Part shown: one piece after another, positions 39,907 to 50,827 of the stretch
Layout: each line of letters opens with the position of its first letter
How positions within the stretch are numbered: the first letter of the stretch is position 1
Translations under genes and position numbers: made by a program
Assembly (NCBI GenBank): GCA_964633905.1
Contig: CAZWIT010000004.1
Span: forward strand, 9,336 to 73,335
Length of the DNA: 64,000 nt
Direction: 5' to 3'
DNA from: an uncultured Gammaproteobacteria bacterium
GTDB lineage: Bacteria; Patescibacteriota; Patescibacteriia; UBA1558; GWA2-36-10
Notes under the pieces: generated by a model
Databases searched by the model: none
The model's input: only the letters and a program-made list of their open reading frames with translations
What the model was told of the DNA's origin: nothing

Positions 39907-40341
39907 TTAATTTTGAGGCTTAGTTGACGAATGGTGGTGAACTATTTCCCATTCGCCAGCTTCATTTTTTTTCCAAACAAAGGAAAATCGAGCTTCGATA
40001 ACTTGTCTATTGTCAGGTGGTCCGACTTCAAAATCGTAAAGACCGGAATGCAAATAGCTATCAGGTCCTAATTCTTGAATCTCCTCAGAAATGATTTTAC
40101 CGCTAGGATTTTTTTCTAAAAAGTGGGTAAAATATTCGGCAGCTTCATTGGGCCCTTTTTTAAAGTCAGGCGAAACTGTAGGTAAAAAAGTAGATTCATC
40201 AGAGTAGAGCTTAGCTACTATTTCAGGATCTTTTTCTAATAAGGCAGCGCCCCATTTATCATAATTGTTTTTAGCGACTTCTTTGATATCTTTATTTTTA
40301 TCGTCTAATAAAGTTGCTGGATTTTCAAAATTTTCAGGCAT
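39907..40341 (-). CDS. NTF2/SnoaL-like protein (SgcJ/EcaC, DUF4440)
   Basis: LYS..TFLPTVS, YFTHFL, SGLYDF, ARFSFVW, WEIVHHHSS. Confidence 0.85.
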   Translation of the reverse strand: MPENFENPATLLDDKNKDIKEVAKNNYDKWGAALLEKDPEIVAKLYSDESTFLPTVSPDFKKGPNEAAEYFTHFLEKNPSGKIISEEIQELGPDSYLHSGLYDFEVGPPDNRQVIEARFSFVWKKNEAGEWEIVHHHSSTKPQN

Positions 40342-40359
40342 AGTTTTTTAATTTTTTAA

Positions 40360-40446
40360 TTATTTTTTATGTTTATCTTCTTGAACACCTAGATAAACAG
40401 CTATTGCAACAATAATAATAAAAATTATAAATATTAAGGCTAGCAT
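40360..40446 (-). CDS. Putative 28-aa single-TM small protein (not in track)
   Basis: MLALIFIIFIIIVAIAVYLGVQEDKHKK*; ATG directly follows TAATAA of the upstream gene. Confidence 0.55.
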   Translation of the reverse strand: MLALIFIIFIIIVAIAVYLGVQEDKHKK

Positions 40447-40449
40447 TTA

Positions 40450-40821
40450 TTATTCAATTTTTGGTGTACAAGCTCTATAAATTCCCCAAACTGGATCGCC
40501 TAGTACTAGACCGTTAATTTTAGTACAGTCTTCTTTGGTTTTTACATCGCTATAAATTATTTCAAGACTGGCATTATCAGGGCAAACATCGGCGCATTGA
40601 TAAGCTTCTACTAAAGTAAGGCCATTTTCGGCGTATTTACCTAGTATTTTAGGGTAAGTACTTTCATCAACTGTTTTAGGATCTACTTTTTTTAAGTTTT
40701 CTATAGCTACTTTTAATTCAGCATTGCTGATAGCGCTAGCTTTTTTATAAAAAAAATAAGCAAGGCTTAAAATAAGTGTCAGGGCAATTATTGCCACGAT
40801 AATTAATTTAGTTTTTTTCAT
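40450..40821 (-). CDS. Membrane-anchored hypothetical protein with 4 Cys
   Basis: N-terminal TM; CADVCPD, C...C. Confidence 0.7.
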   Translation of the reverse strand: MKKTKLIIVAIIALTLILSLAYFFYKKASAISNAELKVAIENLKKVDPKTVDESTYPKILGKYAENGLTLVEAYQCADVCPDNASLEIIYSDVKTKEDCTKINGLVLGDPVWGIYRACTPKIE

Positions 40822-40884
40822 ATTTTTAATTTTTTATTATTTTAGATAGCTATTGAAATTATAGCTTAAATAATGAATCAGGTA

Positions 40885-40928
40885 AATAAAAATCCCGCCC
40901 AGTCGCGTTTAACGCGGCTGGGCGGGAT
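40885..40928 (-). terminator. Terminator after ftsH
   Basis: ATCCCGCCCAG(T)CGCGTT/AACGCG(G)CTGGGCGGGAT stem with minus-strand T tract. Confidence 0.8.
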
Positions 40929-40943
40929 ATGGTTGATGTTTTT

Positions 40944-42752
40944 TTAAGCCATTAGAGCTTCAAATTCAGCTTTTTCAATAGTTTCTTTTTCTAGTAACAT
41001 GGCTACTATTTTTTCCATTTTATCTTTATTGCTTTTTATAGTAGTCTCAGCAGTTTTTAGAGCAGTTTTAATATAATGGGAAATTTCTTCATCAATGGCT
41101 TCGGCTGTTTTTTCACTATAATCACGACGTTCATGAATTTCTTTGCCTAAGAAAACCATTTCTTCTTTTTCGCCAAAGGTGCGGGGCCCAAGTTTTTCGT
41201 CCATACCATATTGGGTAACTATTTTTCTGGCCATTTGGGTGATTTTTTTCAAATCATTAGAAGCACCAGTGGTTACTTCATTAAAATATATTTTTTCAGC
41301 CGCATAGCCACCTAATAAGACAGCCATGTTATCGATAAAGTCAGAGTAGCTTTGCATTTTTTTATCTTCATCAGGCAAGTTGATAGTGTAGCCAGCCGCT
41401 CTTCCCCTAGAAATAATAGATATCTTATGCACTGGATCAGAGTGTGGTAAGAGGTGAGAAATTAAAGCATGGCCAGCTTCGTGATAGGCAGTAATTTTCT
41501 TTTCCTTTTCAGATAAGATATGACTTTTTCTTTGACGGCCTAACATTACTTGTTCTACTGAATCTAAGACTACTTGGTTATCAATAGTTTTTTGATTATG
41601 TTTAGCAGTGTGAATAGCAGCTTCATTAAGTAAGTTAGAAAGATCAGCACCAGAAAAGCCAGGAGTACGTTGAGCTAACATTTTTAAATCAACTTCAGGA
41701 TTTAAAGGTTTATTTTTAGCATGAATTTTTAAAATAGCTTCGCGGTCTTTGACGTCTGGCAGGTCGATTACTACTTGGCGATCAAAACGTCCAGGACGCA
41801 AGAGGGCAGGATCTAAGACGTCTGGTCGATTAGTAGCAGCAATAACAATAATATTAGTTTGATTATCAAAGCCGTCCATCTCTACCAAGATTTGGTTTAA
41901 GGTTTGTTCACGTTCATCGTGAGAGCCGCCAAGTCCTGTGCCACGTTGGCGACCGACAGCGTCAATTTCATCAATAAAGATTAAGCAAGGCGCAGCTTTT
42001 TTGGCTTTTTTAAATAAATCACGAACTCGGGAAGCGCCAACACCCACAAACATTTCCACAAATTCAGAACCAGAAATATGAAAGAAAGGCACTTTAGCTT
42101 CACCAGCCACAGCCCGAGCCAGCAGCGTTTTACCAGTTCCAGGTGCGCCTAGGAGTAAAACTCCTTTAGGTATTTTGGCGCCAACGGCAATATATTTTTG
42201 AGGGTGACGTAAAAAATCAACAATTTCTTTTAGGTCTTCTTTAGCCTCATGAGCGCCAGCAACTTCATTAAAAGTAACTTGACTACCTTGATTGTTAGCA
42301 AGCTTAGCGCCACTTTGGCCAAAGGTCATGGCTCTGTTATTTACGCCTTGTACTTGGCGCATCATAAACCAGATAACTGCTAGGATAATAAGGACTGGTA
42401 ATAAAAATGGTAAAATTGTGGACATAAAAATGCCAGAATTTGGTTCATCACTTACCTTGATATCAATAGCGCTGATTTTTTCTGGGGCAACAGTATAATT
42501 TTTAAGCAAAGTACTTAAAGATTCGTTGATTTCTTTTTTAGCAAATTCTTTATCGTTGTTTTTTAAAGTAATGTCTAATTTGTTGCCAATGACATTAATT
42601 TCTTTAACCTCATCACTATTAATCTGCTGGACTAATTTAGCTATTGATACTTCGCTAGTTTTTTTATTACTAGCATCAAAAAAGCTAAAAATAGCGCCAA
42701 TCATGACTAAGAGTAAAAAAAAGATGCCGATTTTTTTGAGTATGTTAAACAT
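40944..42752 (-). CDS. ftsH: ATP-dependent zinc metalloprotease FtsH
   Basis: [35 protein letters not shown]. Confidence 0.98.
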   Translation of the reverse strand: MFNILKKIGIFFLLLVMIGAIFSFFDASNKKTSEVSIAKLVQQINSDEVKEINVIGNKLDITLKNNDKEFAKKEINESLSTLLKNYTVAPEKISAIDIKVSDEPNSGIFMSTILPFLLPVLIILAVIWFMMRQVQGVNNRAMTFGQSGAKLANNQGSQVTFNEVAGAHEAKEDLKEIVDFLRHPQKYIAVGAKIPKGVLLLGAPGTGKTLLARAVAGEAKVPFFHISGSEFVEMFVGVGASRVRDLFKKAKKAAPCLIFIDEIDAVGRQRGTGLGGSHDEREQTLNQILVEMDGFDNQTNIIVIAATNRPDVLDPALLRPGRFDRQVVIDLPDVKDREAILKIHAKNKPLNPEVDLKMLAQRTPGFSGADLSNLLNEAAIHTAKHNQKTIDNQVVLDSVEQVMLGRQRKSHILSEKEKKITAYHEAGHALISHLLPHSDPVHKISIISRGRAAGYTINLPDEDKKMQSYSDFIDNMAVLLGGYAAEKIYFNEVTTGASNDLKKITQMARKIVTQYGMDEKLGPRTFGEKEEMVFLGKEIHERRDYSEKTAEAIDEEISHYIKTALKTAETTIKSNKDKMEKIVAMLLEKETIEKAEFEALMA

Positions 42753-42810
42753 AGGGATATTAATTATTTATCTTTATTTTAGCATTCTTTAATTAAAAAG
42801 AGTAGAGTTT

Positions 42811-44028
42811 TTATTCAGATGCTTTTTCAGTTTCAGCTTTTATAGGAGATTCTTTTGGCTCTTCAGTTTTAGCTGTTTCAGTCTTGGTTTCAGTTTCGGC
42901 TGCTACTTTTTTTTCAGTTTTTTCAGCCTTAGCTTTTAAAGATAAACCTAAACGATGATTTTCTGGTTCAATGCTCAAGATATAAAAATCATATTCGTTG
43001 CCAGCAGTGATTAAAGCTTCTGGACTGTTAACTTTTTTATCACTTAATTCAGAGATATGAACTAAACCATGAATATCTTTATCAAGCTCAACAAAAGCAC
43101 CAAAAGGATTTACTTTCAAGACCATGCCTTTTACTTTTTGGCCTACTTTATAACGTTCACTGACCTTAATCCAAGGATCTTTTTGTAATTTTTTGATAGA
43201 TAAAGAAACTTTTGTATCTTCGATTTCAATGATTTCGGCTTCTACCGCATCACCAACTTTGATAATATCACGTGGGTTATCAATACGTTGCCAAGCTAGT
43301 TCAGAAATATGGACCAAGCCTTCTAAATTTTCACCAAATTCTACAAAAGCACCAAAATCAACTACGCCAGTAACTTTACCATTGATTTTATCACCTACTT
43401 TATATTGAGAAATAGCTTTCTTTTGTTTATCATCCCAAGCAGATTTTTCGGAAACAATTAATTTTTCGTCTTTTTCGTTTAAATCAATAATTTTAGTACG
43501 TAAAATTTGATTAACAAAGCTTTTTAAGTGTCCTAAAATTTTATTTTTATCGCCACCTTCAATGCGGGGATAATGTTCGATAGTAAGTTGAGAAACAGGT
43601 AAAAAGCCGATAACATTACCAATTTTGATCATTAAACCGCCTTTATTAGCATCGATAACTTTGCTATCAACCACTTTGCCTTCTTTATAATATTTTTCTA
43701 ATTGATCCCAAGCTTTTTTATGGCCAGCTTCACGAAGAGATAATTCCATATAGCCATTTTCATTGTCTAAACCAATGACAGTGGCTTGGATTTCATCGCC
43801 AATCTTTAAGTTAGAAAATTCACTGGATTCATCGTAGACTTCGCGACCACGAATAATACCGGTAGTAATACCGGCTAAATCTAGATAGATTTCATTTTTG
43901 GAGACACTGATAATAGTACCTTCAACCAAGTCGCCAACTTTAGGAACTTTGATATCAGGTGATTTTTGCAAAAGCAAATCCATAGGATGATTGCTAGTGC
44001 TAGGGCTAGGAGTTTGATTTTTTGTCAT
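42811..44028 (-). CDS. rpsA: 30S ribosomal protein S1 (four S1 domains)
   Basis: NKGGL..GFLPVSQ; FGAFVE...GLVHISEL twice. Confidence 0.9.
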   Translation of the reverse strand: MTKNQTPSPSTSNHPMDLLLQKSPDIKVPKVGDLVEGTIISVSKNEIYLDLAGITTGIIRGREVYDESSEFSNLKIGDEIQATVIGLDNENGYMELSLREAGHKKAWDQLEKYYKEGKVVDSKVIDANKGGLMIKIGNVIGFLPVSQLTIEHYPRIEGGDKNKILGHLKSFVNQILRTKIIDLNEKDEKLIVSEKSAWDDKQKKAISQYKVGDKINGKVTGVVDFGAFVEFGENLEGLVHISELAWQRIDNPRDIIKVGDAVEAEIIEIEDTKVSLSIKKLQKDPWIKVSERYKVGQKVKGMVLKVNPFGAFVELDKDIHGLVHISELSDKKVNSPEALITAGNEYDFYILSIEPENHRLGLSLKAKAEKTEKKVAAETETKTETAKTEEPKESPIKAETEKASE

Positions 44029-44382
44029 TTTTAATAATAAATATTAGCCTAAGCTGCTTAAATTTGAGCTCAAGCTCCTAAAAATTTGTTAGTTTTTAGG
44101 ATGTTGATTAATAAAATTAGCTGCCTTAGATTAACATAAATGCTCAAAAAAATCAAGGCCTAGCCCAAAAGCTATTTTTGGCTAAAAATTAGCTCTAAAA
44201 AATATTGAAAATTTAATGACAAGCTTAATTTTTTATCTGCTTTTAGCCTAAGTTTTAATTTGCTTAAAAAGTACTATTTTACCCTTAATTATCAAGGAAT
44301 TTTTAGACTTTTGGGGTTTGATTTTTGTCTTATTTTATGTTAAACTAAAAGCGTTTTAATAGCTTAAATTAGGAGATTTATT

Positions 44383-44988
44383 ATGGTAATTTCATGGCAG
44401 GGTTTTAACTATTTTCGCATTCAAAATAGTCAACAAAGCATTGTTTTTAATCCTTATAGCTTGGATAATACTACTAAATACGGTAAAGCCAAGGGGGATA
44501 TTGTGATTTTTTCTAATGCTAAAGCAGTGGCTGGCGTAAAAATAGACGAAGAGTCTTTGGTAGTTGCGGCTCCAGGCGAATATGAGGTTAAGGATATTTT
44601 TGTTTATGGGCAGGCTATTAATGGCCAAATTATTTATTTAGTTATTTTTGAAGGTATTAGAATTGCTTTTTTGGGGGAATTTGCTCACCAAGAATTAAGT
44701 GATAAGGATTTAGAATTAATTGAAGGGGCCGATGTTTTGATTTTACCGGTTGGTGGTGGTGATTTAACTACTGCTAAAGAGGCTAGCAAAATTATTAGCC
44801 AAGTAGAGCCGCGCGCAGTTGTGCCTAGTTGTTTTAGTACTAAGGAATTAAAATTTAAAGCTGACAGCGTTGATGCTTTTATCAAAGAATTTGGAGTAAA
44901 AGCCGAAAACATGGATAAGTGGAAAATTAGTAAAAAAGATTTACCTCAAGATGATGTTAAGTTAATTGTCTTAGAGCCGCAGTTATGA
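44383..44988 (+). CDS. MBL-fold protein (Lactamase_B_3-like), metal ligands degenerate
   Basis: ISWQGFNYFRI, PGEYEVKDI, DVLILPVGG, EPRAVVP; HxHxDH absent. Confidence 0.75.
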   Translation: MVISWQGFNYFRIQNSQQSIVFNPYSLDNTTKYGKAKGDIVIFSNAKAVAGVKIDEESLVVAAPGEYEVKDIFVYGQAINGQIIYLVIFEGIRIAFLGEFAHQELSDKDLELIEGADVLILPVGGGDLTTAKEASKIISQVEPRAVVPSCFSTKELKFKADSVDAFIKEFGVKAENMDKWKISKKDLPQDDVKLIVLEPQL

Positions 44989-45320
44989 TTTTTTTCAGTC
45001 AAAATAAAAACAAATTTTTTGCTTTAGTTGTTTTAACAATAATATTTACGAGTTTTATTGTTTGGCAATGGTGGCAGCTAAAGCCTTGGGGAGAAAATCT
45101 CGGTATTGTAAAAAATAGTTTTGATTTTCCAGAGGCTAGCAGCACTAAAGCAGAAATACAAAATAGTTGGGAGCTTGGCAAGATACAATTAGAGAATTTA
45201 AACAAAGCCTTGCAAAGGGAACAACAAGAAGCAGAAATAGTAGATTTTACTAAAAAATATTTAAATAATTTATCATCAACAACCGCTAGTACTACTTTGA
45301 GTACTACTACCGTTGAATAA
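44985..45320 (+). CDS. Hypothetical membrane-anchored protein
   Basis: N-terminal TM, Thr/Ser-rich tail; ATGA overlap. Confidence 0.65.
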   Translation: MIFFSQNKNKFFALVVLTIIFTSFIVWQWWQLKPWGENLGIVKNSFDFPEASSTKAEIQNSWELGKIQLENLNKALQREQQEAEIVDFTKKYLNNLSSTTASTTLSTTTVE

Positions 45321-45334
45321 TTTTAGAGCAGTTT

Positions 45335-47821
45335 ATGAAAAGTACAAATAAAAAATCAGCAACAGCCATAGAGCCAGTATTAAATGGTGGTCGCATCGAG
45401 CCTTTGTCCATTGTTGAAGAAATGCAAACCTCCTATTTGGATTATGCCATGAGCGTTATTGTCTCTCGTGCCTTGCCAGATGTTAGAGATGGTTTAAAGC
45501 CAGTGCATCGTCGCATTCTCTATGCCATGTGGAGCATTGGTTTGAGGCATAGTGCTAAATTTAGAAAATCAGCTACCGTTGTCGGTGAAGTTTTAGGTAA
45601 ATATCATCCTCATGGTGATTCAGCTGTTTATGATTCAATGGTGCGTATGGCTCAGGATTTTGCTATGCGTTATCCATTGATCAATGGTCAGGGTAACTTT
45701 GGTTCTATGGATGGCGATGGCGCTGCTGCCATGCGTTATACGGAAGCAAAATTGCAAGCTGTAGCTGAAGAAATGTTGTTTGATATTGATAAAAACACGG
45801 TTGATTTTATACCAAACTATGACGGCTCTCAACAAGAACCAAAAGTATTGCCAGCTAAACTACCAAACTTACTTTTAAATGGCGCTACTGGTATTGCGGT
45901 TGGTATGGCTACTAATATTCCGCCGCATAATTTAGGAGAGCTGATTGACGCTATTCATTTATTAATTGATGAACCTGATAGTACAGTTGATGATCTTTTA
46001 GCTTTAGTAAAAGGCCCAGATTTTCCAACTGGTGGCGTTATTTATAATCAAGCGGATATTAAAAATGCTTATGCCACTGGTCGGGGCGGTATTGTGATCA
46101 GGGGCGAAGCTGATATTAGCGAAACTAAAGCTGGTCAATTTCAGATTATTGTTTCTTCTGTGCCTTATCAGGTAAATAAAGCTACCTTACTTGAAAAGAT
46201 TGCTTTATTGGTTAAAGATAAAAAGATTGACGGCATTAAAGATTTGCGTGATGAATCAGATAAAGATGGTGTCCGCATTGTCATTGAACTTAAAAAAGAA
46301 GCGTATCCTAAAAAAGTTTTAAACAATTTGTATAAATATACTCAGTTGCAAGAAACTTTTCACGTCAATATGCTAGCCTTGGTGGACGGTCTGCAACCTA
46401 GGGTGCTTACTTTAAAAAATATTTTAGAAGAGTACATCAAACATCGCCAAGTTGTGATCGTGAGACGTACGCAATTTGATTTAGACAAAGCCAAAGACAG
46501 AGCTCACATTTTGGAAGGCTTAAATATTGCCTTAGATAAAATTGATGCTGTTATCAAAGTAATACGCGCTTCTAAAGATAAGGAAGTTGCCAAAAATAAT
46601 TTGATGAGTAAATTCAAATTAAGCGAAAGGCAAGCAGTGGCAATTTTGGAAATGCGTTTACAAAACTTAGCTAACCTAGAAAGATTAAAAATTGAAGCAG
46701 AGCTTAAAGAAAAATTAAAGTTGATCAAAGAATTAACAGCTATTTTAAATAGCCGTTCTAGAGTTTTGGATTTGATCAAAGAAGAATTGGCAGAAATAAA
46801 AGATCGTTTTGCCGATGAACGTCGCACTAAAGTAGTAAAATCAGCAGTTGGTCAAATGAACACGGAAGATTTAATTCCTAATGAAGCCGCAGTTATTGCT
46901 ATTACCTATGATGGTTACGTTAAGCGCTTATCGCCTGAAATTTTTAAAACCCAAGGCCGGGGCGGCAAAGGTGTTTTAGGCCTTACAACCAAAGAGCAAG
47001 ATGAGGTAGAAATTTTTACTACCACTAATACGCATGCAGATTTAATGTTTTTTACTACCAAGGGTAGAGTTTTTCAACTCAAGGCTTATGAAGTGCCAGC
47101 TATGTCTCGTACGGCCAAAGGTCAAAATATTGTAAACTTTTTACAACTTTCACCTGATGAAAAAGTGTCAGCAATTCTATCTAGTCAAGATGTCTCGGCT
47201 TTTAAATATTTTGTTATGGCCACTCGTTTGGGTGTGATTAAAAAAGTAGCCGTTGATCAATTCGATAATGTCCGCCGTTCGGGCCTGATTGCTATTAAGC
47301 TCAAAGGTGACGATTTATTAAATTGGATTATGCCTTCGTCTGGTAAGGATGATATTATTATTGTGACTGCTAATGGCCAAGCAATTAGATTTAAAGAAAA
47401 AGAAGTACGTGATATGGGAAGAAATGCTTCTGGGGTTAGGGCTATACGCTTAAAGAAAAATGATGAAGTAGTGGGCGTTGATTTGATTAATGAAGGTAAA
47501 AGTGGCAAGGATGAACAAGTTTTAGTAGTAATGAGCCACGGTTTTGGTAAGCGCACTAATTTAAATGCTTATAAAGTTCAGGGCCGTGGTGGTTCGGGCA
47601 TTAAGACTGCTCAAGTAACTTCTAAAACTGGCCCAGTGGCTGGCGCTAGGATTATTAGTTCTCATACCGAAACTCAAGATATTATTATTATTTCTCGCAA
47701 AGGGCAAGTTATTCGTTTGCCAATAAAATCAGTTAGTGTTTTAGGACGGGCAACTCAAGGCGTTAGACTAATGCGCTTTAAAGACAATGATGACAAGGTG
47801 TCATCGGTTACCTTTATCTAA
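45335..47821 (+). CDS. gyrA: DNA gyrase subunit A
   Basis: [26 protein letters not shown], GyrA-box QGRGGKG. Confidence 0.98.
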   Translation: MKSTNKKSATAIEPVLNGGRIEPLSIVEEMQTSYLDYAMSVIVSRALPDVRDGLKPVHRRILYAMWSIGLRHSAKFRKSATVVGEVLGKYHPHGDSAVYDSMVRMAQDFAMRYPLINGQGNFGSMDGDGAAAMRYTEAKLQAVAEEMLFDIDKNTVDFIPNYDGSQQEPKVLPAKLPNLLLNGATGIAVGMATNIPPHNLGELIDAIHLLIDEPDSTVDDLLALVKGPDFPTGGVIYNQADIKNAYATGRGGIVIRGEADISETKAGQFQIIVSSVPYQVNKATLLEKIALLVKDKKIDGIKDLRDESDKDGVRIVIELKKEAYPKKVLNNLYKYTQLQETFHVNMLALVDGLQPRVLTLKNILEEYIKHRQVVIVRRTQFDLDKAKDRAHILEGLNIALDKIDAVIKVIRASKDKEVAKNNLMSKFKLSERQAVAILEMRLQNLANLERLKIEAELKEKLKLIKELTAILNSRSRVLDLIKEELAEIKDRFADERRTKVVKSAVGQMNTEDLIPNEAAVIAITYDGYVKRLSPEIFKTQGRGGKGVLGLTTKEQDEVEIFTTTNTHADLMFFTTKGRVFQLKAYEVPAMSRTAKGQNIVNFLQLSPDEKVSAILSSQDVSAFKYFVMATRLGVIKKVAVDQFDNVRRSGLIAIKLKGDDLLNWIMPSSGKDDIIIVTANGQAIRFKEKEVRDMGRNASGVRAIRLKKNDEVVGVDLINEGKSGKDEQVLVVMSHGFGKRTNLNAYKVQGRGGSGIKTAQVTSKTGPVAGARIISSHTETQDIIIISRKGQVIRLPIKSVSVLGRATQGVRLMRFKDNDDKVSSVTFI

Positions 47822-47832
47822 ACTAATACAAA

Positions 47833-48843
47833 ATGTCCGAACGTATTATATCCTCAGTCGAACAAAACACCGATAAGGTGTGGGATTTGACTTTGCGTCC
47901 GCAAAGCATGGCTGATTATATTGGTCAAAAGCAAGTCAAAGCTAATTTGGAAATTGTTTTATCAGCTGCTAAAAATCGACAAGAGTCCTTGGATCACGTT
48001 TTGCTTTACGGCCCTCCTGGCTTAGGTAAAACAACGCTAGCTCATATTATTGCCAAAGAAATGGGAGTCGGGATCAAGGTTACCTCTGGTCCAGCTATTT
48101 CTAAAGCAGGCGATTTAGCTGCTATTATTACTAACTTACAGCAAGGCGATATTTTGTTTATTGATGAAATTCACCGCTTACCTAAAGTTATTGAAGAAGT
48201 TTTGTATCCAGCCATGGAAGACTTTGCTTTAGATATTATTTTAGGCAAAGGTCCGTCGGCTCAAATTTTACGTCTAGATTTACCCAAATTTACTTTGATT
48301 GGCGCAACTACTAGATATAATCTTATTTCTTCGCCTTTACGTGATCGTTTTGGTGTTACTTTTCGTTTGGATTTTTATAGTCCTGATGAATTATCAGAAA
48401 TTATTAAGCGTTCAGCTGATATTTTGACAGTGCCAACTACCAAAGAAGCTCGGCAAGAAATAGCTGATCGCAGTCGGGCCACGCCCAGGATTGCTAATCG
48501 TATTTTAAAACGAGTACGTGATTATGCTCAAGTAAAGGGTAATGGTGATGTTTCTTTGGATTTGACTAAACAAGCTTTAAATTTAATGGCCATTGATCAA
48601 TATGGCTTAGACGAACTTGATCGGAGATTGCTTAAGATACTAATTGAAAATTTTAATGGCGGTCCAGTGGGTTTAGGTACACTAGCAGCTGCCCTGCAAG
48701 AAGATCCGGGCACAGTCGAAGAAATTTTTGAACCTTATTTAATGCAGTTAGGATTTTTAGCCAGGACCTCAAAAGGTAGAGTAGCTACTCAAGCAGCTTA
48801 TAAATATTTAGGTTTAGACGTGCCGGAAAATAGATTGTTTTAA
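47833..48843 (+). CDS. ruvB: Holliday junction helicase RuvB
   Basis: GPPGLGKTT, DEIHRL, LYPAMED, PLRDRFG. Confidence 0.98.
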   Translation: MSERIISSVEQNTDKVWDLTLRPQSMADYIGQKQVKANLEIVLSAAKNRQESLDHVLLYGPPGLGKTTLAHIIAKEMGVGIKVTSGPAISKAGDLAAIITNLQQGDILFIDEIHRLPKVIEEVLYPAMEDFALDIILGKGPSAQILRLDLPKFTLIGATTRYNLISSPLRDRFGVTFRLDFYSPDELSEIIKRSADILTVPTTKEARQEIADRSRATPRIANRILKRVRDYAQVKGNGDVSLDLTKQALNLMAIDQYGLDELDRRLLKILIENFNGGPVGLGTLAAALQEDPGTVEEIFEPYLMQLGFLARTSKGRVATQAAYKYLGLDVPENRLF

Positions 48844-48846
48844 AAT

Positions 48847-49503
48847 ATGAAGCTACTTTTAACATCAGGGGGGATTACCAATCAATCAATTGCTAAGGCC
48901 CTTTTTGATTTAACTAATAAAAAGCCAGAAGATACAAATTTAGTTTTTATACCGACAGCAGCAAATGTAGAGCCTGGTGATAAAAGTTGGTTGATAAATG
49001 ATTTATTTAATCTAAAAAAATTAAATTTTAAATCTATTGAAATTATTGATATTGCAGCAGTTGACCAAGAAATTTGGCTACCAAGGTTTAAGCAGGCTGA
49101 TGTTTTGTGTTTTGGAGGAGGGAATACTCGATATCTAATGGAGCAAGTCAATAAATCTGGTTTATCTAATTTATTGGTAGACTTATTGATTAATAAAGTG
49201 TATATGGGCATTAGTGCTGGTAGTATGATTTTATGTCCAGATTTAGCACTAAAATTGACTATGTGGCTCTACGAAGAAGATGCCCCTAAACCAAATAACG
49301 TTAATTGTTTAAATTATGTTGATTTTTATTTTTTACCACATTTAAATTCTACTCATTTTAAAGTAAGGAATGATAGTTTTATCAGAGAAGTGGCTAAAGA
49401 TATAAAAAAGAAAATTTATGCCTTAGACGATAATTCGGCTTTAAAGTTTGTAGATGGTAAGGTTGAAATTATTAGTGAAGGTCAGTGGTTTACGATTAAT
49501 TAA
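48847..49503 (+). CDS. Peptidase S51 (peptidase E) family
   Basis: LLLTSGG, FIPTA, GGGNT, GISAGS, PH. Confidence 0.88.
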   Translation: MKLLLTSGGITNQSIAKALFDLTNKKPEDTNLVFIPTAANVEPGDKSWLINDLFNLKKLNFKSIEIIDIAAVDQEIWLPRFKQADVLCFGGGNTRYLMEQVNKSGLSNLLVDLLINKVYMGISAGSMILCPDLALKLTMWLYEEDAPKPNNVNCLNYVDFYFLPHLNSTHFKVRNDSFIREVAKDIKKKIYALDDNSALKFVDGKVEIISEGQWFTIN

Positions 49504-49513
49504 TTTTTAAAAT

Positions 49514-49813
49514 ATGCCAAATTTTGAGAAATCAAGTAGCCGAGAAGAAATTAAACAAAAAGTTCTGGCTCAATTTTTAATTGAATATGAAGCCAAGATG
49601 CAGGCAGAGCCAGATTTGTACGATGAGGAAGATTTGTCTGCTATTGAAAAGTTAGCTCAAGGTGAAAAAATAAAATGGGACGTGCAGGGAGCGGACTTAC
49701 TTGCTAAAATCTGTCAAGATTTTCGTTTGGGTCCAGAAGAAGGTATTGCCTTACGTGTCCAGATTTTTGAAGATGCAAAAGTACCAGATTGGTATAATAA
49801 AGATTCAGAGTAA
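49514..49813 (+). CDS. Acidic hypothetical protein
   Basis: In-operon ORF, no motif. Confidence 0.6.
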   Translation: MPNFEKSSSREEIKQKVLAQFLIEYEAKMQAEPDLYDEEDLSAIEKLAQGEKIKWDVQGADLLAKICQDFRLGPEEGIALRVQIFEDAKVPDWYNKDSE

Positions 49814-49832
49814 ATAATTATTTTTGAATAAT

Positions 49833-50189
49833 ATGAAAAAATTTTTAAGAGTATCATTGTTGATTTTAGTGTTAGCAGTAATAGTATTGTTTTTTAAGGA
49901 CGAAGAATATAGCTTGCTCCATATTAGTAATTATACCTTGAACAATATGGCGGGCAATTTAATTTTTGTCATTTTTTTTATATTATTAGGATTAATAACG
50001 CTAATTCGGTCAATTTTATTTTGGCGCGATGAAGATTATACTAGGGGTGTTTTAAAAAATAATGAAATATTTTTGAGCCAGATATTGGGAATGGAAAGGG
50101 CAGTTAAAATTTATCAGCGCCTGGCGCCATTTAGTATTGTTTTGTCAATCGCAGTTGTAATTTTTGGAATGGTTCTATATTTTCTTTAA
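49833..50189 (+). CDS. Hypothetical membrane protein
   Basis: 3 TM segments; ATG 49833 (MKKFLR). Confidence 0.6.
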   Translation: MKKFLRVSLLILVLAVIVLFFKDEEYSLLHISNYTLNNMAGNLIFVIFFILLGLITLIRSILFWRDEDYTRGVLKNNEIFLSQILGMERAVKIYQRLAPFSIVLSIAVVIFGMVLYFL

Positions 50190-50198
50190 ACTATTATA

Positions 50199-50780
50199 AT
50201 GTCTAGACTTTTGCTGCACGCTTGTTGCGCACCCTGCTCCATCTATGTTTTACAAAAATTGTCAGCTGACTATGAGGTGACAATTTATTTTTATGATCCC
50301 AATATTCACCCCAGAAAGGAATATAATTTACGTCGGGATGAATTAAAACAATACGCTCAAAAATTAAATTTAGATTTTATTGAGGGCCCTTATGAAAGTG
50401 CTAAGTGGTTGGAAAAAACCAAAGGTTTAGAGCAGGAACCAGAAAAAGGTAAGCGTTGTGCAGTTTGTTTTGATATTCGCTTATTTGAATCAGCACGGCT
50501 AGCTAAAGAACAAAATTTTGATATCTGGACTACAGTTTTATCAATTAGTCCGCACAAAAGTGCTCGTCAAATAAATGAAATAGGTGAGCGTATTGCAAAA
50601 TTAGTTGCTTTGCCATTTATTTCAGCTGATTGGAAAAAACAAGATGGTTTTAAAATAGCCTCGCAACTGTCTAAACAAGAGAATTTTTATCGCCAAGATT
50701 ATTGTGGTTGCGTATATTCCAAGAATAATAAAAGAAATAGTAGTCATCCTGAACTTGTTTCAGGATCTCCAATACGTTAA
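50199..50780 (+). CDS. queH: Epoxyqueuosine reductase QueH
   Basis: LLHACCAPCS, PNIHP, RCxxCF, SPHK, YRQDYCGC. Confidence 0.95.
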   Translation: MSRLLLHACCAPCSIYVLQKLSADYEVTIYFYDPNIHPRKEYNLRRDELKQYAQKLNLDFIEGPYESAKWLEKTKGLEQEPEKGKRCAVCFDIRLFESARLAKEQNFDIWTTVLSISPHKSARQINEIGERIAKLVALPFISADWKKQDGFKIASQLSKQENFYRQDYCGCVYSKNNKRNSSHPELVSGSPIR

Positions 50781-50816
50781 AGTTTTTTAGAGATGCCGAA
50801 ATAAATTCGGCATGAC
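50743..50816. repeat. REP doublet (REPIN-like), overlapping queH 3' end
   Basis: GTCATCCTGAACTTGTTTCAGGATCT ... AGATGCCGAAATAAATTCGGCATGAC; homologous to 63393-63466. Confidence 0.85.
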
Positions 50817-50827
50817 AGCATAAAAAT

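Noticed and set aside
45335-47821. Quinolone-resistance allele or ParC identity
   Set aside because: HGDSAVYD is the wild-type pattern and the GyrA-box is present
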